A stretch of 64,000 bases of DNA from NCBI GenBank assembly GCA_048128005.1, contig JBEUKZ010000054.1:496001-560000 (forward strand), in the 5' to 3' direction. This stretch comes from Veleropilina oligotropha. Taxonomy: Eukaryota. Below the pieces are notes generated by a model that did no database searches, was not told where the DNA came from, and was given only the letters and a program-made list of their open reading frames with translations. The first letter of the stretch is position 1; each line of letters starts with the position of its first letter. The position numbers and the translations under genes are program-made. Positions 39,501-54,500 of this stretch are shown here, one piece after another.

Positions 39501-42500
39501 GTTTTTACACGTTTTTCCGATGTTCTTTGCCGTTCCTGCTTATCCGGCTGTGGATTTTCCTACCAGGCGGCGCTGTCCGTCATTTTTAAGAAGTATCCAC
39601 TTCCGTGTTCACTCTTTTAGTTAAACATGAGAGTTTTTGCGCGGTCACGATTTATACTAGGTATTATCATTCGACTTTGTTCCTTTCCTAAGTCTTTAGA
39701 CCATTTTCATGGAACAACTTCGTGCTGCGTACACATGGTAAATAACGTACGGCTTATTATTTATCACTGTCTCGATATGTATGTGCATGTTGGCTCTTGT
39801 ACACAGACCTATATCTGGGTTTTATACTCTATCGTCTCTTGCCTCTGGTGCTTTTGCAAGCTTTAACATCGTTTTAAGTTTTTGCCTGTAGGCTATTTCA
39901 TATAATTAATACAATAGTGTATTCAAGTATAAACCTTTGTTTCATACGTGCAGGCTAACGGTTGTTGGTTTTATTATGTTTCCGGTAGACCCTCCTCCAA
40001 GGTTTATTCATGGAAATGTATTGGACGGAAGTATTTGATATAGACATGATAAACTAAACCGTTTATAGTGTCTATGAGTATACTTACATCCAATACAACA
40101 AGAGGTCCCGAGATGGTTTATATTAATAAACTCGCATCTTGCCCGCCTCCCCTCTTCGCCTTCGACATTGTTATTTATTGACTTTGCTCGAAATGAAGTG
40201 AGGCTTGTTGCACTTTGCACGGGATTTGTGTTGTGGTGTTTGTGTTCTATTGGAATCTTCTGAAGATTGGGTAGATTCAAAACAGGTGTTTTTTCTAACC
40301 GGTGGAGGAAATGATTGCTCCAAATATGAAAATGTATTGGACGTAGGTATACTCATAGACACTATAAACGGTTTAGTTTATCATTTCACTAAAACACATT
40401 GTTTCTAATTTCTTAATTTTATTTACATTATTATTTGCTATATAATTGTTGTCTCGCCCCGAAGGGAAAGCGAGACTTACGGATTACATTTTCCGGCGTC
40501 GTCCGTCGTGTCATTTTCGGTTAAAGTTTTTTCGGTTAAAGTTTTTCATTGAATGGAATTTCCTGATACATTGATATATATATTTAAAGGGCGAGACATA
40601 TCGGACCGTGGTTCTTGTTTTTATTAAACAAGATGAGACACACATATTATATAGCTCAAATTCTAATGTCACTCTTCACCACAACCTGGATGTACGATGG
40701 ATGGATCGATGCTTAATGTCTTGTATATTTACAACCATCAGGTTCAAGGTAGGACATCGTTGATGTAAATAAAACTTTGTCAACATTGTGTTAGCATCAA
40801 TGAAAAGGGATAATTGAGTTTGGCTGAGTTACTCCCTTACGTACAATGTTACTTTCAATGCATATTTTGAGATATGTAATGGATTGTTTACTGTCCAATG
40901 TCAGTTTTTCTTGACAAAGGCTTCTTTGCCAAACCAGTGATAATAATATAATATAATGGATAACAATAATAAATTAACTCTTACATTATATTTTTATATA
41001 TTTAGGTTTCGTTCGGCTTGAATCAATTTTTATGCTTTATGTCTGGTTTTAGCATCTATAAATCCTTACTGACAAGTTCATATTATCGTCATGGACAACC
41101 AGCCGTCATTGGCCGTCGTCATGGACAACCAGCCATGATCGGCCGTCGTCATGGACAACCAGCCATCATCGGCCGTCGTCATGGAAACCAGCCGTCATCG
41201 GTCGTCGTCATGGACAACTGTGACTGTTAATCGATTACAGTCCCAGCCAAGGATTTAAACCCACTCCCGTTTGACAGAGAGTAAATTGAGTAAATTGTGA
41301 GATCACATTCATATCTACTCCGCTACATGTGCATCCATACATTGGGAGATCATATTCATATCTACTCCTCTACATGTGCGTCCATACATTGGGAGATCAC
41401 ATTCATATCTACTCCGCTACATGTGCATCCATACATTGAGAAATCACATTCATATCTACTCTGCTACATGTGCATCCATACATTGGGAATCACATTCATA
41501 TCTACTCCGCTACATATGCATCCATACATTGAGAGATCACATTCATATCTACACCGCTACATGTGCATCCATACATTGGGAGATCACATTCATATCTACT
41601 CCGCTTCATGTGCATCCATACATTGAGAAATCAGTAATCAGTAGTCATGGTCATGAAGTACATTGAGAGATCACATTCATATCTACTCCGCTACATGTGC
41701 ATCCATACATTGAGAGATCACATTCATATCTACTCCGCTACATGTGCATCCATACATTGGGAGATCACATTCATATCTACTCTGCTACATGTTCATCCAT
41801 ACATTGTGAGATCACATTCATATCTACTCCGCTACATGTGCATCCATACATTGGGAGATCACATTCATATCTACTCCGCTACATGTGCATCCATACATTG
41901 TGAGATCACATTCATATCTACTCCGCTACATATGCATCAATACATTGGGAGATCACATTCATATCTACTCCGCTACATGTGCATCCATACATTGGGAGAT
42001 CACATTCATATCTACTCCGCTACATATGCGTCCATACATTGAGAGATCACATTCATATCTACTCCGCTACATGTGCATCCATACACTGAGAGATCACATT
42101 CATATCTACTCCGCTACATGTGCGTCCATACATTGAGAGATCACTTTCATATCTACTCCGCTACATGTGCATCCATACATTGAGAGATCACATTCATATC
42201 TACTCCGCTACATGTGCATCCATACATTGAGAGATCACATTCATATCTACTCCGCTACATGTGCATCCATACATTCAGAGATCACATTCATATCTACTCC
42301 GCTACATGTGCATCCATACATTGGGAGATCACATTCATATCTACACCGCTACATGTGCATCCATACATTGTGAGATCACATTCATATCTACTCCTCTACA
42401 TGTGCATCCATACATTGAGAGATCACATTCATATCTACTCCGCTACATGTGCATCCATACATTGTGAGATCACATTCATATCTACTCTGCTACATGTGCA

Positions 42501-45500
42501 TCCATACACTGAGAGATCACATTCATATCTACTCCGCTACATGTGCGTCCATACATTGAGAGATCACATTCATATCTACTCCGCTACATGTGCATCCATA
42601 CATTGTGAGATCACATTCATATCTACTCCTCTACATGTGCATCCATACATTGAGAGATCACATTCATATCTACTCCGCTACATGTGCATCCATACATTGA
42701 GAGATCACATTCATATCTACTCCGCTACATGGTCATCCATACATTGTGAGATCACATTCATATCTACTCCGCTACATGGTCATCCATACATTGTGAGATC
42801 ACATTCATATCTACTCCGCTACATGGTCATCCATACATTGAGAGATCACATTCATATCTACTCCGCTACATGTGCATCCATACATTGTGAGATCACATTC
42901 ATATCTACTCCGCTACATGTGCATCCATACATTGTGAGATCACATTCATATCTACCCCGCTACATGTGCATCCATACATTGGGAGATCACATTCATATCT
43001 ACTCCGCTACATGTGCATCCATACATTGAGAGATCACATTCATATCTACTCCACTACATGTGCATCCATACATTGAGAGATCACATTCATATCTACTCCG
43101 CTACATGTGCATCCATACATTGTGAGATCACATTCAAATCTACTCCGCTACATGTGCATCCATACATTGGGAGATCACATTCATATCTACTCCGCTACAT
43201 GTGCATCCATACATTGAGAGATCACATTCATATCTACTCCGCTACATGTGCATCCATACATTGGGAGATCACATTCATATCTACTCCGCTACATGTGCGT
43301 CCATACATTGGGAGATCACATTCATATCTACTCCGCTACATGTGCGTCCATACATTGAGAGATCACATTCATATCTACTCCGCTACATGTGCATCCATAC
43401 ATTGGGAGATCACATTCATATCTACTCCGCTACATGTGCATCCATACATTGAGAGATCACATTCATATCTACTCCGCTACATGTGCATCCATACATTGGG
43501 AGATCACATTCATATCTACTCTGCTACATGGTCATCCATACATTGAGAGATCACATTCATATCTACTCCTCTACATGTGCATCCATACATTGAGAGATCA
43601 CATTCATATCTACTCCGCTACATGTGCATCCATACATTGTGAGATCACATTCATATCTACTCTGCTACATGTGCATCCATACACTGAGAGATCACATTCA
43701 TATCTACTCCGCTACATGTGCGTCCATACATTGAGAGATCACATTCATATCTACTCCGCTACATGTGCATCCATACATTGTGAGATCACATTCATATCTA
43801 CTCCTCTACATGTGCATCCATACATTGAGAGATCACATTCATATCTACTCCGCTACATGTGCATCCATACATTGAGAGATCACATTCATATCTACTCCGC
43901 TACATGGTCATCCATACATTGTGAGATCACATTCATATCTACTCCGCTACATGGTCATCCATACATTGTGAGATCACATTCATATCTACTCCGCTACATG
44001 GTCATCCATACATTGAGAGATCACATTCATATCTACTCCGCTACATGTGCATCCATACATTGTGAGATCACATTCATATCTACTCCGCTACATGGTCATC
44101 CATACATTGAGAGATCACATTCATATCTACTCCGCTACATGTGCGTCCATACATTGAGAGATCACATTCATATCTACTCCGCTACATGTGCATCCATACA
44201 TTGGGAGATCACATTCATATCTACTCCGCTACATGTGCATCCATACATTGAGAGATCACATTCATATCTACTCCGCTACATGTGCATCCATACATTGTGA
44301 GATCACATTCATATCTACCCCGCTACATGTGCATCCATACATTGGGAGATCACATTCATATCTGCTCCGCTACATGTGCATCCATACATTGGGAGATCAC
44401 ATTCATATCTACTCCGCTACATGTGCATCCATACATGGAGAGATCACATTCATATCTACTCCACTACATGTGCATCCATACATTGAGAGATCACATTCAT
44501 ATCTACTCCGCTACATGTGCATCCATACATTGTGAGATCACATTCAAATCTACTCCGCTACATGTGCATCCATACATTGGGAGATCACATTCATATCTAC
44601 TCCGCTACATGTGCATCCATACATTGAGAGATCACATTCATATCTACTCCGCTACATGTGCATCCATACATTGGGAGATCACATTCATATCTACTCCGCT
44701 ACATGTGCGTCCATACATTGGGAGATCACATTCATATCTACTCCGCTACATGTGCGTCCATACATTGAGAGATCACATTCATATCTACTCCGCTACATGT
44801 GCATCCATACATTGGGAGATCACATTCATATCTACTCCGCTACATGTGCATCCATACATTGAGAGATCACATTCATATCTACTCCGCTACATGTGCATCC
44901 ATACATTGGGAGATCACATTCATATCTACTCTGCTACATGGTCATCCATACATTGAGAGATCACATTCATATCTACTCCGCTACATGTGCATCCATACAT
45001 TGGGAGATCACATTCATATCTACTCCGCTACATGTGCATCCATACATTGAGAGATCACATTCATATCTACACCGCTACATGTGCATCCATACATTGTGAG
45101 ATCACATTCATATCTACTCCGCTACATGTACATCCATACACTGAGAGATCACATTCATATCTACTCCGCTACATGTGCATCCATACATTGGGATATCACA
45201 TTCATATCTACTCCGCTACATGTTCATCCATACATTGAGAGATCACATTCATATCTACTCCGCTACATGTGCATCCATACATTGTGAGATCACATTCATA
45301 TCTACTCCGCTACATGTGCATCCATACATTGGGAGATCACATTCATATCTACTCCGCTACATGGTCATCCATACATTCAGAGATCACATTCATATCTACT
45401 CCGCTACATGTGCATCCATACATTGGGAGATCACATTCATATCTACACCGCTACATGTGCATCCATACATTGGGAGATCACATTCATATCTACTCCGCTA

Positions 45501-48500
45501 CATGTGCATCCATACATTGGGAGATCACACTCATATCTACTCCGCTACATGTGCATCCATACATTCAGAGATCACATTCATATCTACTCCGCTACATGTG
45601 CATCCATACATTGGGAGATCACATTCATATCTACACCGCTACATGTGCATCCATACATTGGGAGATCACATTCATATCTACTCCGCTACGTGTGCATCCA
45701 TACATTGTGAGATCACACTCATATCTACTCCGCTACATGTGCATCCATACATTGAGAGATCACATTCATATCTACTCCGCTACATGTGCATCCATACATT
45801 CAGAGATCACATTCATATCTACTCCGCTACATGTGCATCCATACATTGAGAGATCACATTCATATCTACTCCGCTACATGTGCATCCATACATTGAGAGA
45901 TCACATTCATATCTACTCCGCTACATGTGCATCCATACATTCAGAGATCACATTCATATCTACTCCGCTACATGTGCATCCATACATTGGGAGATCACAC
46001 TCATATCTACTCCGCTACATGTGCGTCCATACATTGAGAGATCACATTAATATCTACTCCGCTACATGTGCATCCATACATTGGGAGATCACATTCATAT
46101 CTACTCCGCTACATGTGCATCCATACATTGAGAAATCACATTCATATCTACTCTGCTACATGTGCATCCATACATTGGGAATCACATTCATATCTACTCC
46201 GCTACATATGCATCCATACATTGAGAGATCACATTCATATCTACACCGCTACATGTGCATCCATACATTGGGAGATCACATTCATATCTACTCCGCTTCA
46301 TGTGCATCCATACATTGAGAAATCAGTAATCAGTAGTCATGGTCATGAAGTACATTGAGAGATCACATTCATATCTACTCCGCTACATGTGCATCCATAC
46401 ATTGAGAGATCACATTCATATCTACTCCGCTACATGTGCATCCATACATTGGGAGATCACATTCATATCTACTCTGCTACATGTTCATCCATACATTGTG
46501 AGATCACATTCATATCTACTCCGCTACATGTGCATCCATACATTGGGAGATCACATTCATATCTACTCCGCTACATGTGCATCCATACATTGTGAGATCA
46601 CATTCATATCTACTCCGCTACATATGCATCAATACATTGGGAGATCACATTCATATCTACTCCGCTACATGTGCATCCATACATTGGGAGATCACATTCA
46701 TATCTACTCCGCTACATATGCGTCCATACATTGAGAGATCACATTCATATCTACTCCGCTACATGTGCATCCATACACTGAGAGATCACATTCATATCTA
46801 CTCCGCTACATGTGCGTCCATACATTGAGAGATCACTTTCATATCTACTCCGCTACATGTGCATCCATACATTGAGAGATCACATTCATATCTACTCCGC
46901 TACATGTGCATCCATACATTGAGAGATCACATTCATATCTACTCCGCTACATGTGCATCCATACATTCAGAGATCACATTCATATCTACTCCGCTACATG
47001 TGCATCCATACATTGGGAGATCACATTCATATCTACACCGCTACATGTGCATCCATACATTGTGAGATCACATTCATATCTACTCCTCTACATGTGCATC
47101 CATACATTGAGAGATCACATTCATATCTACTCCGCTACATGTGCATCCATACATTGTGAGATCACATTCATATCTACTCTGCTACATGTGCATCCATACA
47201 CTGAGAGATCACATTCATATCTACTCCGCTACATGTGCGTCCATACATTGAGAGATCACATTCATATCTACTCCGCTACATGTGCATCCATACATTGTGA
47301 GATCACATTCATATCTACTCCTCTACATGTGCATCCATACATTGAGAGATCACATTCATATCTACTCCGCTACATGTGCATCCATACATTGAGAGATCAC
47401 ATTCATATCTACTCCGCTACATGGTCATCCATACATTGTGAGATCACATTCATATCTACTCCGCTACATGGTCATCCATACATTGTGAGATCACATTCAT
47501 ATCTACTCCGCTACATGGTCATCCATACATTGAGAGATCACATTCATATCTACTCCGCTACATGTGCATCCATACATTGTGAGATCACATTCATATCTAC
47601 TCCGCTACATGTGCATCCATACATTGTGAGATCACATTCATATCTACCCCGCTACATGTGCATCCATACATTGGGAGATCACATTCATATCTACTCCGCT
47701 ACATGTGCATCCATACATTGAGAGATCACATTCATATCTACTCCACTACATGTGCATCCATACATTGAGAGATCACATTCATATCTACTCCGCTACATGT
47801 GCATCCATACATTGTGAGATCACATTCAAATCTACTCCGCTACATGTGCATCCATACATTGGGAGATCACATTCATATCTACTCCGCTACATGTGCATCC
47901 ATACATTGAGAGATCACATTCATATCTACTCCGCTACATGTGCATCCATACATTGGGAGATCACATTCATATCTACTCCGCTACATGTGCGTCCATACAT
48001 TGGGAGATCACATTCATATCTACTCCGCTACATGTGCGTCCATACATTGAGAGATCACATTCATATCTACTCCGCTACATGTGCATCCATACATTGGGAG
48101 ATCACATTCATATCTACTCCGCTACATGTGCATCCATACATTGAGAGATCACATTCATATCTACTCCGCTACATGTGCATCCATACATTGGGAGATCACA
48201 TTCATATCTACTCTGCTACATGGTCATCCATACATTGAGAGATCACATTCATATCTACTCCTCTACATGTGCATCCATACATTGAGAGATCACATTCATA
48301 TCTACTCCGCTACATGTGCATCCATACATTGTGAGATCACATTCATATCTACTCTGCTACATGTGCATCCATACACTGAGAGATCACATTCATATCTACT
48401 CCGCTACATGTGCGTCCATACATTGAGAGATCACATTCATATCTACTCCGCTACATGTGCATCCATACATTGTGAGATCACATTCATATCTACTCCTCTA

Positions 48501-51500
48501 CATGTGCATCCATACATTGAGAGATCACATTCATATCTACTCCGCTACATGTGCATCCATACATTGAGAGATCACATTCATATCTACTCCGCTACATGGT
48601 CATCCATACATTGTGAGATCACATTCATATCTACTCCGCTACATGGTCATCCATACATTGTGAGATCACATTCATATCTACTCCGCTACATGGTCATCCA
48701 TACATTGAGAGATCACATTCATATCTACTCCGCTACATGTGCATCCATACATTGTGAGATCACATTCATATCTACTCCGCTACATGGTCATCCATACATT
48801 GAGAGATCACATTCATATCTACTCCGCTACATGTGCGTCCATACATTGAGAGATCACATTCATATCTACTCCGCTACATGTGCATCCATACATTGGGAGA
48901 TCACATTCATATCTACTCCGCTACATGTGCATCCATACATTGAGAGATCACATTCATATCTACTCCGCTACATGTGCATCCATACATTGTGAGATCACAT
49001 TCATATCTACCCCGCTACATGTGCATCCATACATTGGGAGATCACATTCATATCTGCTCCGCTACATGTGCATCCATACATTGGGAGATCACATTCATAT
49101 CTACTCCGCTACATGTGCATCCATACATGGAGAGATCACATTCATATCTACTCCACTACATGTGCATCCATACATTGAGAGATCACATTCATATCTACTC
49201 CGCTACATGTGCATCCATACATTGTGAGATCACATTCAAATCTACTCCGCTACATGTGCATCCATACATTGGGAGATCACATTCATATCTACTCCGCTAC
49301 ATGTGCATCCATACATTGAGAGATCACATTCATATCTACTCCGCTACATGTGCATCCATACATTGGGAGATCACATTCATATCTACTCCGCTACATGTGC
49401 GTCCATACATTGGGAGATCACATTCATATCTACTCCGCTACATGTGCGTCCATACATTGAGAGATCACATTCATATCTACTCCGCTACATGTGCATCCAT
49501 ACATTGGGAGATCACATTCATATCTACTCCGCTACATGTGCATCCATACATTGAGAGATCACATTCATATCTACTCCGCTACATGTGCATCCATACATTG
49601 GGAGATCACATTCATATCTACTCTGCTACATGGTCATCCATACATTGAGAGATCACATTCATATCTACTCCGCTACATGTGCATCCATACATTGGGAGAT
49701 CACATTCATATCTACTCCGCTACATGTGCATCCATACATTGAGAGATCACATTCATATCTACACCGCTACATGTGCATCCATACATTGTGAGATCACATT
49801 CATATCTACTCCGCTACATGTACATCCATACACTGAGAGATCACATTCATATCTACTCCGCTACATGTGCATCCATACATTGGGATATCACATTCATATC
49901 TACTCCGCTACATGTTCATCCATACATTGAGAGATCACATTCATATCTACTCCGCTACATGTGCATCCATACATTGTGAGATCACATTCATATCTACTCC
50001 GCTACATGTGCATCCATACATTGGGAGATCACATTCATATCTACTCCGCTACATGGTCATCCATACATTCAGAGATCACATTCATATCTACTCCGCTACA
50101 TGTGCATCCATACATTGGGAGATCACATTCATATCTACACCGCTACATGTGCATCCATACATTGGGAGATCACATTCATATCTACTCCGCTACATGTGCA
50201 TCCATACATTGGGAGATCACACTCATATCTACTCCGCTACATGTGCATCCATACATTCAGAGATCACATTCATATCTACTCCGCTACATGTGCATCCATA
50301 CATTGGGAGATCACATTCATATCTACACCGCTACATGTGCATCCATACATTGGGAGATCACATTCATATCTACTCCGCTACGTGTGCATCCATACATTGT
50401 GAGATCACACTCATATCTACTCCGCTACATGTGCATCCATACATTGAGAGATCACATTCATATCTACTCCGCTACATGTGCATCCATACATTCAGAGATC
50501 ACATTCATATCTACTCCGCTACATGTGCATCCATACATTGAGAGATCACATTCATATCTACTCCGCTACATGTGCATCCATACATTGAGAGATCACATTC
50601 ATATCTACTCCGCTACATGTGCATCCATACATTCAGAGATCACATTCATATCTACTCCGCTACATGTGCATCCATACATTGGGAGATCACATTCATATCT
50701 ACACCGCTACATGTGCATCCATACATTGGGAGATCACATTCATATCTACTCCGCTACGTGTGCATCCATACATTGGGAGATCACATTCATATCTACTCCG
50801 CTACATGTGCATCCATACATTGGGAGATCACATTCATATCTACTCCGCTACATGTGCATCCATACATTGAGAGATCACATTCATATCTACTCCGCTACAT
50901 GTTCATCCATACATTGAGAGATCACATTCATATCTACTCCGCTACATGTGCATCCATACATTGTGAGATCACACTCATATCTACTCCGCTACATGTGCAT
51001 CCATACATTGAGAGATCACATTCATATCTACTCCGCTACATGTGCATCCATACATTCAGAGATCACATTCATATCTACTTCGCTACATGTGCATCCATAC
51101 ATTGGGAGATCACATTCATATCTACTCCGCTACATGTTCATCCATACATTGAGAGATCACATTGATATCTACTCTGCTACATGTGCATCCATACATTGGG
51201 AGATCACATTCATATCTACTCCGCTACATGTGCATCCATACATTGTGAGATCACATTCATATCTACTCCGCTACATGTGCATCCATACATTGGGATATCA
51301 CATTCATATCTACTCCGCTACATGTGCATCCATACATTGAGAGATCACATTCATGTCTACTCCGCTACATGTGCATCCATACATTGAGAGATCACATTCA
51401 TATCTACTCCGCTACATGTGCATCCATACATTGGGAGATCACATTCATATCTACTCCGCTACATGTGCATCCATACATTGAGAGATCACATTCATATCTA

Positions 51501-54500
51501 CACCGCTACATGTGCATCCATACATTGTGAGATCACATTCATATCTACTCCGCTACATGTGCGTCCATACACTGAGAGATCACATTCATATCTACTCCGC
51601 TACATGTGCATCCATACATTGAGAGATCACATTCATATCTACTCCGCTACATGTGCATCCATACATTGAGAGATCACATTCATATCTACTCCGCTACATG
51701 TGCATCCATACATTGTGAGATCACATTCATATCTACTCCGCTACATGTGCATCCATACATTGGGAGATCACATTCATATCTACTCCGCTACATGTGCATC
51801 CATACATTGAGAGATCACATTCATATCTACTCCGCTACATGTGCATCCATACATTGAGAGATCACATTCATATCTACTCCGCTACATGTGCATCCATACA
51901 TTGGGAGATCACATTCATATCTACTCCGCTACATGTGCATCCATACATTGAGAGATCACATTCATATCTACACCGCTACATGTGCATCCATACATTGTGA
52001 GATCACATTCATATCTACTCCGCTACATGTGCGTCCATACACTGAGAGATCACATTCATATCTACTCCGCTACATGTGCATCCATACATTGAGAGATCAC
52101 ATTCATATCTACTCCGCTACATGTGCATCCATACATTGTGAGATCACATTCATATCTACTCCGCTACATGTGCATCAATACATTGTGAGATCGCATTCAT
52201 ATCTACTCCGCTACATGTTCATCCATACATTGTGAGATCACATTCATATCTACTCCGCTACATGTGCATCCATACATTGGGAGATCACATTCATATCTAC
52301 TCCGCTACATGTGCATCCATACATTGTGAGATCACATTCATATCTACTCCGCTACATGTGCATCCATACATTGTGAGATCACATTCATATCTACTCCGCT
52401 ACATGTGCATCCATACATTGGGAGATCACATTCATATCTACTCCGCTACATGTGCATCCATACATTGGGAGATCACATTCATATCTACTCCGCTACATGT
52501 GCATCCATACATTGTGAGATCACACTCATATCTACTCCGCTACATGTGCGTCCATACATTGGGAGATCACATTCATATCTACTCCGCTACATGTGCATCC
52601 ATACACTGAGAGATCACATTCATATCTACTCCGCTACATGTGCATCCATACACTGAGAGATCACATTGATATCTACTCTGCTACATGTGCATCCATACAT
52701 TGAGAGATCACATTCATATCTACTCCGCTACATATGCATCCATACATTGGGAGATCACATTCATATCTACTCCGCTCTATGTGCATCCATACATTGTGAG
52801 ATCACATTCATATCTGCTCCGCTACATGTGCATCCATACATTGTGAGATCACATTCATATCTACTCCGCTACATGTGCATCCATACATTGGGAGATCACA
52901 TTCATATCTACTCCGCTACATGTGCATCCATACATTGAGAGATCACATTCATATCTACTCCGCTACATGTGCATCCATACATTGGGAGATCACATTCATA
53001 TCTACTCCGCTACATGTGCATCCATACATTGGGAGATCACATTCATATCTACTCCGCTACATGTGCATCCATACATTGGGAGATCACATTCATATCTACT
53101 CCGCTACATGTGCATCCATACATTGGGAGATCACATTCATATCTACTCCGCTACATGTGCATCCATACATTGGGAGATCACATTCATATCTACTCCGCTA
53201 CATGTGCGTCCATACATTGGGAGATCACATTCATATCTACTCCGCTACATGTACGTCCATACATTGGGAGATCACATTCATATCTACTCCGCTACATGTG
53301 CATCCATACATTGGGAGATCACATTCATATCTACTCCGCTACATGTGCGTCCATACATTGGGAGATCACATTCATATCTACTCCGCTACATGTGCATCCA
53401 TACATTGGGAGATCACATTCATATCTACTCCGCTACATGTGCATCCATACATTGGGAGATCACATTCATATCTACTCCGCTACATGTGCGTCCATACATT
53501 GGGAGATCACATTCATATCTACTCCGCTACATGTGCATCCATACATTGGGAGATCACATTCATATCTACTCCGCTACATGTGCATCCATACACTGAGAGA
53601 TCACATTCATATCTACTCCGCTACATGTGCATCCATACATTGGGAGATCACATTCATATCTACTCTGCTACATGTGCATCCATACATTGAGAGATCACAT
53701 TCATATCTACTCCGCTACATGTGCATCCATACATTGGGAGATCACATTCGTATCTGCTCCGCTACATGTGCGTCCATACATTGAGAGATCACATTCATAT
53801 CTACTCCGCTACATGTGCATCCATACATTGGGAGATCACATTCATATCTACTCCGCTACATGTGCATCCATACATTGGGAGATCACATTCATATCTACTC
53901 CGCTACATGTGCATCCATACATTGTGAGATCACATTCATATCTGCTCCGCTACATGTGCGTCCATACATTGGGAGATCACATTCATATCTACTCTGCTAC
54001 ATGTGCATCCATACATTGTGAGATCACACTCATATCTACTCCGCTACATATGCATCCATACATTGGGAGATCACATTCATATCTGCTCTGCTACATGTGC
54101 ATCCATACATTGTGAGATCACACTCATATCTACTCTGCTACATGTGCATCCATACATTGTGAGATCACATTCATATCTACTCCGCTACATGTGCATCCAT
54201 ACATTGTGAGATCACATTCATATCTGCTCCGCTACATGTGCGTCCATACATTGGGAGATCACATTCATATCTACTCCGCTACATGTGCATCCATACATTG
54301 GGAGATCACATTCATATCTACTCCGCTACATGTGCGTCCATACATTGAGAGATCACATTCATATCTACTCCGCTACATGTGCGTCCATACATTGGGAGAT
54401 CACATTCATATCTACTCCGCTACATGTGCGTCCATACATTGGGAGATCACATTCATATCTACTCCGCTACATGTGCATCCATACATTGGGAGATCACATT

